DNA of 63,958 bases, counting the filler, from Reticulomyxa filosa (taxonomy: Eukaryota > Protista > Foraminifera): NCBI GenBank assembly GCA_000512085.1. It is 20 parts of 20 records of this genome, joined end to end, with 100 filler letters (N's around TTAATTAATTAA, not from the genome) between each part and the next. Parts side by side here need not be neighbours in the genome. Positions count along the whole stretch, not along the records: positions 38,167 to 40,491 come from ASPP01018414.1; positions 40,592 to 42,458 come from ASPP01018977.1; positions 42,559 to 44,733 come from ASPP01029620.1; positions 44,834 to 45,923 come from ASPP01011613.1; positions 46,024 to 47,160 come from ASPP01048939.1; positions 47,261 to 48,890 come from ASPP01048125.1; positions 48,991 to 50,350 come from ASPP01022666.1; 13 more parts are not named here. One strand, given 5' to 3'. The notes below the pieces were generated by a model. That model worked only from the letters and a program-made list of their open reading frames with translations, did not search any database and was not told the origin of the DNA. The position numbers were made by a program, and so were the translations under genes. This document shows positions 38,200 through 50,273 of this stretch, piece by piece. Numbering within the stretch: position 1 is the first letter of the stretch; each line of letters begins with the position of its first letter.

Positions 38200-39063
38200 T
38201 GCAAATTTTTACAATGTCGCAAGAATTGTCTTTCTGACCGTCTTGTCGAAGGTAATAACAGTCCCCTCCTGTCGGGGTGCGTGACAGCTCGTCCATGTTG
38301 GACAACATCTTCAATGTCGACGGCCCAATCAACGTCACTTGGAACACTGCCTTGAACGAGGGCTCGTCCCAACATGGAAACGCTTGTCTTGCGTCCGTGC
38401 TTTCGAACTGGGTCACTGCTGTGTTCACCACGTATCCTGAAGGCTGATCCGTATTGATTTATGTTTACATTTTTTTTTCTCAAAAAAAAAAAAAAAAGGC
38501 TCAAAATAATTTTTTATACGTCTTCCTCCTGTCCGTTCCTTCCCCTTCTTCCTCTTGCTCTTTTTTTTCTCCCCCCCCCCCTCTTGGAATACAAACTTAA
38601 CTAATTTGTAGGCGGATAAATAATATCCACGCATATCTCTTCGCAAATCGCCATAGAAGTTGAGCGTCAACCAGGCCATCACGCTTTTCGTTTCGGTCGT
38701 GTTGATGTTGGTACCGTTCAACGAAAATTCCAGTGTGTACACTTCTGTGTCGTTGTTATAGAAAATGTTAATCGGTGTCACTTCTTTGTTCCCGGGTATA
38801 AAAGCCAAGGTTGTCGCATTTTCATGAACGAACAACTCCGGCCCTTTGTTCAATGAAATGTTAAAACGTTCTTTCTTCACAATCTCAGACAACGATATGT
38901 TTACGTTAATCTCCACTGTCCCAAAAAACGTCAAGTTTTGCTCAAAGTCGGTTGTTATACTCAAGTTGTACTGCTTCGGAACTACCGTTGTTGGCAGCCG
39001 AAATGGATTTGACGCTATGCTACTGCATAGACAACTCAAAATAAAGAATAGAGATATAAGCAT
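38200..39063 (-). CDS. Secreted or membrane M1 aminopeptidase N-like, 5' part only
   Basis: Hydrophobic N-terminus, [54 protein letters not shown]. Confidence 0.92.
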
Positions 39064-39726
39064 CTTTTTCGTTTTCTCCTATGTCAGTCACACTCCAAAA
39101 ACTTCCGCACAAAAAAAAAAATTGTTGCTTCTTTTAAACCTTTGGGAAAACAAAAAAAAGTATTTTTAAACGGCTCACTTCTATGGTGTGGTCGCAAGTG
39201 GCTTACTTTAAGCAACAAATATACAATTGTTGCTACATTTATAAGTCATCAAATCCAAAAATGTGATTATGCTGATAAGTTTGTGGGATTTTCTTAGTGG
39301 CATTGCTTTTAACAAGTTTATCGTGATGTATTTGAGTTTGTATGGCACAAACTTAAAGAGAAGTACACAAACTATTTATTTTGTACGGATCTGCTAACTA
39401 CAATAGAGTTAGCAGAGGCAATTTTGGAGCCAGAGAGAAAAAACAAAAGGAATATATTTTCCGAATGAGAAGGAACCAAAATTAAAATTGTCTCGCTGTC
39501 ACAAACCATTTTAAAGAAGTGTAAATTGCACAATCTCCAACTTCAATACGAGAAAGAAAACAAATTTAAAATATTTGGATACATATTCCGTCACTTTAAA
39601 GCTCCTAAAATGTATTGAGTTTGAGTCAAAGAAAATCCATGAACTTTTTACTTGATATCGAATAATAACTTATTTGTACATTCTACTGAAAAAAACGACG
39701 AGTCCTCCTTTAAAAAAAAAAAAAAG

Positions 39727-40491
39727 ATGTGGAACACTGGCGGCCCAATGAATAGCAGTGGTTTGGATAATGGAGCAAAGAAAAGACCGTATATTTCCAA
39801 AGAACCGGCCAGAAGGAAAGAGTTTCGGGATCGTCTACAAGCGTTGATAGAATATGTGGACAATTGGAAGCCAACTCCGTTAACGATGAAAGAAATTGAG
39901 GAATGGACAATAATGGAAGAGGACCAGAACGAAGCAAAAGTCGCCAACGCGATAAGTGCACAAACATATGTGGCAGCTGCGCCAAAGATTGACTGTGTGG
40001 AAGTGAATGCAAGCGCAATCATCGTACCGACTTTAGCGAATCACTTGCATCCGACCACACGTGTCCAAGTGCACGACGCTTCTGTCCCACACTCACAAAC
40101 ATCATCTTCATCGCCCTCCAATTCCCTCGAACATGACAGCGGGCCTGTCGAACAGCAATACAACGAACATGTTCTACTTCAAACACAAAACAAAGAAAGA
40201 AGGAGATGAGAAAAGGGGAGGGGGTACAGAATTTTTTTTTTTTTTTTTTTTTTTGGAAAAGTTTGTGATTTCTGTCCTCTTTGCACTTTTTGTATCGACA
40301 TTGTAAATTTTTTTTTTTAAAAAAAAAAAAAAGGAAGAATGGGAATTGAAAAGGAAGTTGCACCAATCCGATCGATTGATAACGCGTCAACAGCGTGCGG
40401 ATATAACGTTGACTGATGAACAGAAGGAGCTGCTCAATGCACGGCCAATGCTTCAAAAAAGACTCGAAGCTACCCAGCAAGAAAAAGTGAA
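39727..40491 (+). CDS. Hypothetical protein, 3' truncated
   Basis: ATG at 39727 opens a GC-richer frame of about 160 codons; a second exon-like block lies at about 40335-40491. No family recognised. Confidence 0.55.
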
Positions 40492-40609
40492 NNNNNNNNN
40501 NNNNNNNNNNNNNNNNNNNNNNNNNNNNNNNNNNNTTAATTAATTAANNNNNNNNNNNNNNNNNNNNNNNNNNNNNNNNNNNNNNNNNNNNGACGAGTTG
40601 CTCATTTTA

Positions 40610-40860
40610 ACTTGGATAAGATCTCATTCTTAAAAAAAATCCAAAACACTTCCTGAAATACGAACGTGGTCTGCTTTCATATTTATTGAACAGCTCGCAC
40701 TTCACCAATGCTCTTTTTACATCATCTGATGTTCCAAACAATACTTTCGCAATTGGAAGGCCTTTAAATCTTTCCACGATCTCTTCTTCGCTTTCACTTG
40801 GGGAGATATTCTTCAACAACACAAACAGATTCTTCTCAGGATCTTCATTTCGTCTTTTTC
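40610..40860 (-). mobile_element. Decayed LINE ORF1 (gag-like) fragment
   Basis: FVLLKNISPSESEEEI / ERFKGLPIAKVLF...VKRAL / VKCELF...RPR..FRKCFGF resembles the RRM-like region before the ORF1 zinc knuckles. Apparent internal deletions. Confidence 0.4.
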
Positions 40861-41711
40861 TTTATTTTCTTGTTGGTGCAACTCATTGAATGATGTTGCA
40901 ATTTTCTCCAATCCTTCTCCATTTATTTGTTTGCTATCAAAATGCACAAACAGTGTTCTCCAAGTTTGCTAGAACGTGTGCGCTTTGATCTTTGTTGCCA
41001 ATTATTTCACGTTTCCACCGCCAACCAATTTCAACATTGATGACGAAGATTTTAATAATCTTCCATCCATAAGTGTCGTAGATGTCCGACAGAAGTAATC
41101 TCGACGAACTTTAACATTTCTTTCCTTTCAAATATTGTCGTCGTTCAGTTTTTGTTTTTTTTTACTTTCTTCCTTGGATCAACACTTAGGACATGCTTCG
41201 TCCTCATCTTCTTGCTTGTTAATTGTATCGTTTCATCTCCATCTCTTGAAAGAGGTCTTTTCATTCCTCTCGGCCCAGAAGACAAATCTCATTATTTATT
41301 GTTGTGGTCATAACAACATCTTTATTATTCTTTATATTCGGACTTCCTGATAATGATATTGTCGTAGTTGGCGACGGCAAAATAGTTAATGACGATCCCT
41401 TGATGCTCTTTTTTGTCATTTCCTTGCTAAATATCGATAAGTTTGGTAACTTCGACATTTCCCAATGAATACCTACCAATAAAATGCAAAGTTTTTTGAA
41501 TCTTTCAAAAAAATTTACAAGAGACTGACGCTATTTCTGGAAAAACCAAAATTTTTTCCACTGTGATCACTTCCCCCAGCTTTCCTGGGCCTTTTAGGCT
41601 TTTGGTGATTTTCCAAAAAATTCCAATTCCAATCCATGTGTGATGATAACCCTCAAAAACAACTTTTTTTAGTTAAGTTGAAAATGATAATGAAGTTGAT
41701 ATATTTTTTTT

Positions 41712-42000
41712 CATTTGTGTTTGCTTGGGTCATTCTTTGGCGTTTCTTGATTTGCCAATCCGCAATACTTACATACTTTGCCCTTTTTTGGGCATTCACG
41801 AACAATCACCTTAACAATTTGCATCTTATGAAATCGTTTAACTTCTTGTGTTTGATACCCATAATCTTACAATGTCTCCTTGATTTTGTTGATATTCATC
41901 GAAGCAGGACATATCTATTTACTTCAGGATTAGTCACTACTTCTTCACGCTTTTTCTTTTGTTCAGCAGCGAATGTCTTTCGATAAATGTCACATCTTGG
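41712..42000 (-). mobile_element. Second decayed LINE ORF1 (gag-like) fragment
   Basis: PASMNINKIKETL*DYGYQTQEVKRFHKMQIVKVI then RECPKKGKVCKYCGLAN...KNDPSKHK (knuckle remnants); stops present. Confidence 0.45.
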
Positions 42001-42609
42001 CCTTACAATATGTTAACTATCTTGATTTTCTTTTTGTTCCATTTGTCCATCCTTCTCATCATCGAAGTTATGAGCTAGTTGAGTTAGTTGCTGCTCATTA
42101 ACATCAACTGCAAATTGAACAAATAATGTCCTGAAATTTTCATAAAATGTATGCTCTAATACTTTTCTGGTAATATATTCTTGTTTCTTAATCCAAGGAA
42201 CTTAATCACCGAAGTAGCTTATTTTAGTTCTCTTTATTTAATCGACACAAGAATTGTCGTCGAACTTGCATATTCTTTTTCCACACGTTCTCAAATGTAA
42301 TCTCATCAGCTGTCTTTTCGTCATTTGTTGTACATTTGAACTTGACACAACGACTTGCAAGTCTGTCCGAGAATACTTTGCCTTAATCAACCATCTAATG
42401 TTTTCCTTTGGGTATTTGCCTCGAGATTGCCAATTTCTCAAAGGCGTTGAACACTTTTNNNNNNNNNNNNNNNNNNNNNNNNNNNNNNNNNNNNNNNNNN
42501 NNTTAATTAATTAANNNNNNNNNNNNNNNNNNNNNNNNNNNNNNNNNNNNNNNNNNNNTGCATATTTTTTGTTTTGAATAAAAGTCAAAAATTTTGTTTG
42601 CAATGTAGA

Positions 42610-44380
42610 GGCAACATGTGATTGCAATGGAGGTCATTTCCATGACATGGATATGAAAGACAAAAAAAAAAATTGAGAGTGGAATGACTCCATTCCATTG
42701 TTGTAGTTCAGAAAGACATCCATGTTTGCATGAATGTCAACAAAATGGAAATTGCAAAGTCGAGTTTAAGCGTATGGTAAATAAAACAAAGATTCTTTGT
42801 CCAAAGACTGTTGGAGCCAAATCGTTTGAATATAGTTTGTACACTTCTGTGAATGGTAAGAAACATAATTGTAGTCAACTGTTGCCCAAATATAAAAAGA
42901 TGCACGATGGACGGCACAAATGCACGGAAAATGTGCATAGTTGTCAAATTACTTGTCGGGGTTTGTGGCTATTATTGTACCAAGCCATTTGGACACAATG
43001 GCAAACATCATACAATTCATGGAAATATGTTGCATTCCAAATTCGTAGTTGAAAACAATAATTCTATCGAATTCAAAGTGCAAACAAAGAAAACTGTCAA
43101 GGACTCCACCACATCAACTGAAAAAGAAGTAATCGAAGATACTGTTCGTGTGTATACCACTGATGACACTGCAGAGGCTGAAATATGTGACTTCTTTTGC
43201 GAGAAAATGGGAAGAGGCCATTTCCATCTGATCAAATGTAACCACCCTGATGAAAGCTGCGATATTGTACACACTACAAAAAACAATGAGCCTCTTTGTT
43301 TGCGAAGACATGCAAATCCAGAGGAATGTGGAGGAAGAAAGGATTTGGACAAAGTCACGCACGAGTATTATTGGGAAAACTGCTTGAAATTTGAAGATCC
43401 TTGTCAACCTTTATTGCAGAAACAATTTGAAAGATGCAATCATTATTGTCCTCATCCAGATCATGAAAAAAATAGAGATGAATATGGTGAGGTCAAGAGA
43501 TCTTATTGCGCAGAAAGATTATGGCATAAACCTGTAACAGAACAAAAGAGTGATTCCATCAACACTACTGTTATGGATGGTCATGTTTTTACATGCTCTC
43601 ATCGCTCTAGCGACTATCATGTGTTACGTAATTTTTTTGAGGGAAAGAGGTTAGCAAAAGAAAGAAGGTATGAATAAAAAGCAAATATTTTTTGTTTACA
43701 AATATCTATCAACAGGATTTTTGCCATCGATGTCAGCGGAAGTATGAGTGCTAATGACGTTAGACCCAAAAAAATAGAGACACAGGTTTACAAATCTACT
43801 CTTAATGAACGTGGTCTTAACAATAGATTAGGCGCAGCGTATGATGCCAGTTGAATATTTAAACAAAACAAAATAACTTTTGGTCTAGATTGTTTGTGAG
43901 AAAAAAATATGTAAATACATAATACTCAAAAATAGTTCACTCGTTTATTCAACAACGATGGGAAACAGGATGTAGAGACAACGGAACAATCATATTTTGT
44001 AGGAATAAAGCCAAAATCATTGAAGAAGATATAGCATTCAATCTAGATACAGTTCGTACTATTCTTTATCCTGCTCATGTGCCATAGGGAAGTGCATCGT
44101 TTGTTAATGCCATTCGTTGCGTCTACGATGTTGTGAAACGAAATGCATCAAAGCCTATTGTCCTTATTTTTTTGACTGATGGTGAATGTAGAGATAATGG
44201 AGCTTCTGAACTCTTGGCAGAAATCAAAGCATTTTGTTCCAATGGATTTCATTTTTTCCCCTTGTATTCTCAGTACAGAGAAGAGCTCTACTTTAGATAA
44301 GATGGCAAGAGCAGTTGGTGCAACAGTAAAAAGTAATTTGGATGCAAATGATTTGTAAACTCTTTGCAATTCCAACAGAA
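42610..44380 (+). pseudogene. Cys/His-rich repeats plus C-terminal von Willebrand A domain; disrupted and 5' truncated
   Basis: C..YCTKPFGH.G.H.T.HGNM, CDFFCEKMGRGHFHLIKC; VWA MIDAS FAIDVSGSM and LIFLTDGE. In-frame TAG at 44085-44087, frameshifts near 42958 and 44270, and a further TAA near 44356. Confidence 0.7.
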
Positions 44381-44833
44381 TGAAACTTACTAATATTTCA
44401 TTTACTCAAGATTAGGATTTATATTTGTGTCCAATGATTAACTTTCTTTATTGTCTTCATTGGACAAACTAGTTGTTTTTAAAACACTATTTCGGTCTTG
44501 AAATGAATCCTTTTGATGTTCAAATGAAAATTATTAATGTTTTTCTCTCACTACAGCGTTTTTTTAAAAAAGAAAAAGGATACTTTGGAATACGTTAAAA
44601 AAGTGATAATGAAAGTGATGATGTTGTTTTCTTTTTAAGGTGAAAAGAGTTTAATATTTTTATGAAGAAGCAAGAAAATATCATGACGAGAAAGTAACCA
44701 TCATCAGGTTTTTTAGAAGACGTTATATAAGATNNNNNNNNNNNNNNNNNNNNNNNNNNNNNNNNNNNNNNNNNNNNTTAATTAATTAANNNNNNNNNNN
44801 NNNNNNNNNNNNNNNNNNNNNNNNNNNNNNNNN

Positions 44834-45133
44834 CGCAATCCGACCAACGACCGCCGCGCGCTCTATGTCGCAAGCCACGCCTATGCGATCGACGGCATGG
44901 ACGACCGCGACGCGCGCCAGCTCCTGTCGCAGCTGCTCGATGAAGCGACGCGGCCGGAGTTCGTCTACAGCCACAAATGGCGCCAGGGCGACGCCGTCAT
45001 GTGGGACAATCGCGCCATGCTCCATCGCGGCCGCCCCTGGGACTATACGCGCGAGCGCTCGATGGTGCGCACGACGATCTCGGCCACCGATGCGGACGGC
45101 CTCGGCGAGGTGACACCGAAGGTGGTTCACTAG
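44834..45133 (+). CDS. Bacterial TauD/TfdA family 2-oxoglutarate/Fe(II) dioxygenase, C-terminal fragment
   Basis: RNPTNDRRALYVASHA...FVYSHKWRQGDAVMWDNRAMLHRG...RSMVRTTI; high GC3; no introns. Confidence 0.92.
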   Translation, partial: RNPTNDRRALYVASHAYAIDGMDDRDARQLLSQLLDEATRPEFVYSHKWRQGDAVMWDNRAMLHRGRPWDYTRERSMVRTTISATDADGLGEVTPKVVH

Positions 45134-45185
45134 TCCCTGGAACGTGCCGCTGCAGCCGGACGATGTGCCAGCATGACGAGAACCG

Positions 45186-45923
45186 CTAACGGGAAAACGG
45201 CAGCTGCCGCAGCAGGCCGATGGCGTACATCCTGATCTTCGCGGCGGTGTCGTTCTCGTACTTGCTGGTGCTGAGCAGCCACTTGTTGACCAGCAGGCGT
45301 CCAAAGCCAAGCAGCCGCGAGTGGGCGCGAACGGCCAGGTAGCGCAGTCGGCTTCCCTTGCTGTATTGCGGCATGAAGTGAAGTCGGCCCACCAGATTGT
45401 CGGCGTGGTGTTCCCCCGCGCGCGCTTCACCGTAAACTGCGTGTTCGGGATTTGGAAAGCCACCGTGCTCTCCGTAGTTCTTCATCGGGATGAAGGCGCC
45501 TGCCCCCTTGCCCATGGCAAACCACTGCAGATGCGCATCGAAGGTGAAATAGGTTTGAGTGCCGTAGCGGTCGATCTCGTCCCTGAAGAAGTCGCAAAGA
45601 ATGCGAGCAACGGTGGCATTGACGACGTAACCGACGAGCGGCGAGCTGTGCGCGCGCAGGTAACGCCTGGCACCCACCAAGGCCAGCAGTCGGGGACTGC
45701 CTGCATAGAGGTAGCCGAAGGCTAGCGGATCGGACAGTGGCCAAAAGCTCGGGAAAGCGCCCATACCGACACAGGGGACGAAATCCGATTCACAGATCAG
45801 CGTATAGCCATCCTCTTCCGCCGCCCGCTTCCAGGCGGTGTAATGGTTCAGGAACGTCCTGATCTGACGCGGCATCGTAAGCTCTTCTTCCGAATAGGAA
45901 GCGCGCTGGATCTCGGGGTTCAA
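45186..45923 (-). CDS. Bacterial glycosyltransferase (GT25/LPS-biosynthesis-like), 5' truncated
   Basis: FLNHYTAWK...TLICESDFVP (ExD), GYVV, YGEHGGFPNPEH. Convergent with the TauD-like gene across a 52-nt gap. Confidence 0.65.
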   Translation of the reverse strand: MNPEIQRASYSEEELTMPRQIRTFLNHYTAWKRAAEEDGYTLICESDFVPCVGMGAFPSFWPLSDPLAFGYLYAGSPRLLALVGARRYLRAHSSPLVGYVVNATVARILCDFFRDEIDRYGTQTYFTFDAHLQWFAMGKGAGAFIPMKNYGEHGGFPNPEHAVYGEARAGEHHADNLVGRLHFMPQYSKGSRLRYLAVRAHSRLLGFGRLLVNKWLLSTSKYENDTAAKIRMYAIGLLRQLPFSR

Positions 45924-46023
45924 NNNNNNNNNNNNNNNNNNNNNNNNNNNNNNNNNNNNNNNNNNNNTTAATTAATTAANNNNNNNNNNNNNNNNNNNNN
46001 NNNNNNNNNNNNNNNNNNNNNNN

Positions 46024-46358
46024 ATATTCGATCTGGTAAACAAATTCAAGTATTCAATGGACATTTAAATTATGTATATGCCGCTGAATATTCACCATTT
46101 GTATTAAAAAATAATATTAGTAATTCAAATGTGATATGCTCTGGATCATTTGATAATACAATTCGATTTTGGGATATTCGATCAAACAAGAATGAATTGT
46201 ATATGATTGAAGGAGACAAAAAAGATAATGGAATAATTAGTCTTAAATTTATTGGATTGAAAAAGAAAATAAATGATTATGAACAAAAATCAAATGGTGA
46301 TAGTAGAATTAAATTATGTTATGGCTCAAGAAATGGTTCAATTCGTATTTGGGGATGA
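46024..46358 (+). CDS. WD40-repeat protein, 3' end
   Basis: DIRSGKQIQVFNGH, ICSGSFDNTIRFWDIRS, LCYGSRNGSIRIWG-TGA. Confidence 0.88.
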
Positions 46359-47260
46359 ATGTGAACGATGTTTTTTTGAATTTAATGCTATTTTTGTGAA
46401 TTGCACAGATACTGATAAAAATTTGTTTTGGTTTTTTTTTTCAATTGAATTATGTTAAAATTTGGATAATATTACAATGTTTCAAATGATAGTATCTAAA
46501 GATATTGTTCAATGCCATGGAAATTGGCAGATAAAAATATACAATATTCAAACATTTCCTGTAACTCAATAATACTCTGAAGTTAGATGGAAGATGAAGT
46601 ATTTAATTATTTCCGTTAAAAAAGAATGGTTTTGCAAAGTTGCACAAATAGATTTAAAGTGCTGTCATATAGTATTTGGGACTGTTTGGAGCACGTCTTC
46701 TCAAAGGTACAATTTCCATTTCACAATAAAAAAAAAGATTGAGGATATTCTAAAAATGATGATATTAATAAGACAATATTTATTAAAGAACAGATTGCAG
46801 ACATTAGAGTTCATTAAATTTTTATTTTTAAAAATGTTTTGCACATAATATTTTGGAGTTATGTTAAATAATTATTAAACAGTCACAAGAAGAAAATATC
46901 TTACTTTTTTAAAAAGTGTATCTGTCAGCCATGTTCTTAAAAAAAAAATTCTACATGACTATTTTTGGTTGAAGTACATAATTCCGACAAAGAAAATAAG
47001 ACGAAAGAGTTTGATGTTTTTATTTTATATTTTATGTTGTTTATATTAGCACTTTGAATAATAGAAGAGGAGAAACTTTGTATTCTGTTATCTTTTTTTG
47101 TAGATAATGACAAGAGATTATACAGTATATTGCAAAAAAAACTGCCATACCTAAATGGCANNNNNNNNNNNNNNNNNNNNNNNNNNNNNNNNNNNNNNNN
47201 NNNNTTAATTAATTAANNNNNNNNNNNNNNNNNNNNNNNNNNNNNNNNNNNNNNNNNNNN

Positions 47261-47331
47261 TTCATGAAGAAAATCAATCATCTCTATAAGGTGCCATTTT
47301 AGGTGTCAACTTTACTTTGCATTCTACTGTA
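47261..47331 (+). mobile_element. Terminal inverted repeat copy of the MITE family at 53497-54022
   Basis: TTCATGAAGAAAATCAATCATC...TTTAGGTGTCAACTTTACTTTGCATTCTACTG|TA aligns by eye with 52449-52519 and 53959-54022. Confidence 0.75.
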
Positions 47332-47422
47332 TTAACTTCTTGCATGATAAATATATGGAAAACTCTATTTGAAAACTTGATACTTTTATTTTTTTTGTCC
47401 TCCTATTTATAATAAAAAGAGA

Positions 47423-48890
47423 ATGTATAAACAAAAATTTATAGTGCATGATTCTGGGGCTACTCTTTCTAACAGAGGTAGTCAAATATCTTTAATGAAA
47501 CCTATTCAAAGAGGTTTTAGTCAGATTGTTCGACCCAATCAAAAATCTTCGGCAGTGTTGGGTAGATTTTTTGACACAGCTTCGAGGAAAATAACTATAT
47601 CACAAGATACAAGTTATGTTTTGCCTGATGAACTCAAACCTAAAAACCAAGAAGAATATGAAGGAGAATATTTATATGACCAAGATGCGGATTTGTGGTA
47701 TTATTTTGATTATAAAACTGGTGAATTGTTTGAACATGGTAATGAAGATCCAGAAGAGGAAGAAGAGGAATTTTATGGTTTTAATGAAGAAAGTTTTTTT
47801 GAGGCAGAACCAGAAGAAAACCAACAAAAAAGTAATAGCAAAAGAAAGAAAAATGAAAACATCAAAACAAAACAAGGTATTCTTGCTTATGTCAGAGCAA
47901 AAAGAGAGCATGTTAAAAGACAAGCAGAAAAAATTAAAAGAGCAAAAGAAAAGAACCGTAATAAAAATAAAAAATCTGGAAATGAACTTGAAGATAAACC
48001 TGAAGAGAATAAAGGACTTGCAAGTGAATTAGAAAAAAAAATAGATTAGAAGAAGAAGAAGAAAAAAGCGGGTTGAGAACTCTTTTAACCGATCCAAAAG
48101 CAGCAGAGATTATAGCAGAACAACAAATCAATAACTTAGATGAAAGTAAAATTGCAAGAGAGATGAATGAAAATAGTGAAATCGCAAAAGCAATAACGCT
48201 GCAAATTATTGAAAGGGTTTTAGATGAAATTGATGAAAAGATAGAAGAAGATCCTGAAGAGAAAAAAGAAAATGAAGTTGTCAAACAGGTCGAAGAAGTT
48301 ATTAATGATAATCCTCCTCAAATTGCTACTGAAGAAAAAGAAGATGATGAAACAGAAGAAGAAGAATTTCCCCAAGAAGAAGAAGAAACAGATAAAGAAG
48401 AAGAAGAGAAAGAAAGGAAAAGACTTGCAAAAGAAGAGGAAAAATTAAGTTTCCTAAGGAAATTAGTATAAAAGGAATAGAAAAAGGTAAAGAATTATAA
48501 CGCATTATTGGAGGCTGAATACAAAGACAATGAAGCAATGAGTGGAGGATTTGGTACTGATTACAATTTTTCCTTGGAAGATCTTGATACAAAATATGCA
48601 CAGAGCAAATTCTTTGAAAACGCAAGAAAAAACATATCAAACCAATATCTCAGGTTTTTTGATGTGATACCTGTACCAAAAAGACCACAAGATCATGGAG
48701 ATCCACATCAATATCATCAAGATCTTCATGATATACGAAAGCTCTGGAAAACAAATTAAAGCAATGCACAGTAGAAGAAATTTAATTAAAAATACTGTGT
48801 ATGATATTGATAGTGGAGACAAACAAATGAAAGGATACGATATGAATTTTCTTTTACGATTACATAAATTTTATCATAGAAAAGAAGAGA
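47423..48890 (+). CDS. Glu/Lys-rich hypothetical protein with an OCRE/WW-like aromatic segment; frame breaks; 3' truncated
   Basis: Consecutive same-strand ORFs 47423-48049, 48073-48471 and 48508-48759 with uniform composition; segment YLYDQDADLWYYFDYKTGE. Confidence 0.5.
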
Positions 48891-49667
48891 NNNNNNNNNN
48901 NNNNNNNNNNNNNNNNNNNNNNNNNNNNNNNNNNTTAATTAATTAANNNNNNNNNNNNNNNNNNNNNNNNNNNNNNNNNNNNNNNNNNNNTCAACGACGC
49001 AAATGATATTGTATGTGTGACAATACTTACGTCACAATGGGGTCAGTATGACTCCAAATATTGCAACTTTCTTTTTAATTTAAATTCAAAAACTCATTTT
49101 CACTTTTCTTAAAACGTGCTTTCCCGTTCAATATTCCATAAACTTGTAAATTCCAAATGTAAACAATTTACATTTTGTAAATTCACGAAAATTGAAAATT
49201 GTTGTTAAAATATTTATTACGTATTTCGTTTGTTATGTATATATTTGATTTTTTGTTTGTGTGCAAAGCATCTGATGTGTACATGAAAGCGTATTTGCAT
49301 TTATCTTATCGTAACTAATGTATATTGAATAAATAGCATATCAATTTATGCATGACTACTTTATATTTACAAGATTTTATAAATTTGTTGAAATTTTGCA
49401 AAATGTCTTACATTCCAAGTGTAGCAAAAAATTTGAAAAAAAATGTTCCGGTATTGATTCTTATTCAATTCTAGTTTTTTGGTACCAATTGTCTTTTGTT
49501 GCACAAAAAAAGTAATTGATCATATTACAATTAAATTTATTAATAGTCACTAGAACAGCATAAGCCAGCAACAAGGCAATCTAATGCATAACTTGCCTTA
49601 TTCAGCAAGATGTCAACGTCTAAGGATAGATATTAAAAAAACTAAAAAAATTAAGTATATATATTAG

Positions 49668-50200
49668 TTAAAATCCACTTCTTAATATTTTTTTGGATTT
49701 TTTAATGGAAATAATTTCTTTTCGTTCCGCAACAATCAAAGTTTTTGCGATTTCTTCCTTATCATCCCAAAGTTCGGGTGACTTGTTTGCCCAATCACTA
49801 ACCTCAAATTGATCGTGTTCTCTCAAGTATGAAAGAAGGCTATTTAATATGTTGGGATTGATGCCATCTGCCGCCAAGCGATGGAACACTTCATTTTCGA
49901 TTTTTGCGTCATGGTGATATTCCAATGCTTTCATCGCATTTCCTCTTTCGTCTTCATTTTCAAAATATATTGGTTCATTCTTTAGTAACCAATCAAACAA
50001 AGAAAAGAAAAGCACGCTTATAAGCTTAGTGAGCATTGTACTTTAAAAAAAAGAAAATCACACCTTTTCAAGAATAGCCCACACATCAGGATAAGAGGTG
50101 AAACATGGCAATGGACCACCAATTTTTTTAATAGAAACAATTTCGTCCATTTCATAAACGCAGCAATAAGCAGCTCCTTTCTGCATTCGTCTGTGTCAGT
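49668..50200 (-). CDS. Hypothetical protein, 3' exons
   Basis: Exon-like VYEMDEIVSIKKIGGPLPCFTSYPDVWAILEK and ORF 49668-50036; no family recognised. Confidence 0.45.
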
Positions 50201-50234
50201 ATTGTATAAATTTGTAGTCGCAACAAAATTAATA

Positions 50235-50273
<39 letters not shown>

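Noticed and set aside
20655-42960. Programmed ribosomal frameshifting at frame breaks near 20658, 37270 and 42958
   Set aside because: All lie in short homopolymer runs and are fixed by one base, the typical pyrosequencing error.
44085-44358. In-frame TAG and TAA in the VWA gene as stop-codon reassignment
   Set aside because: Intact genes here end in TAA (RhoGAP, PAP), TAG (WD40 at 33387) and TGA (P450), and have no internal stops. Pseudogenisation is simpler.
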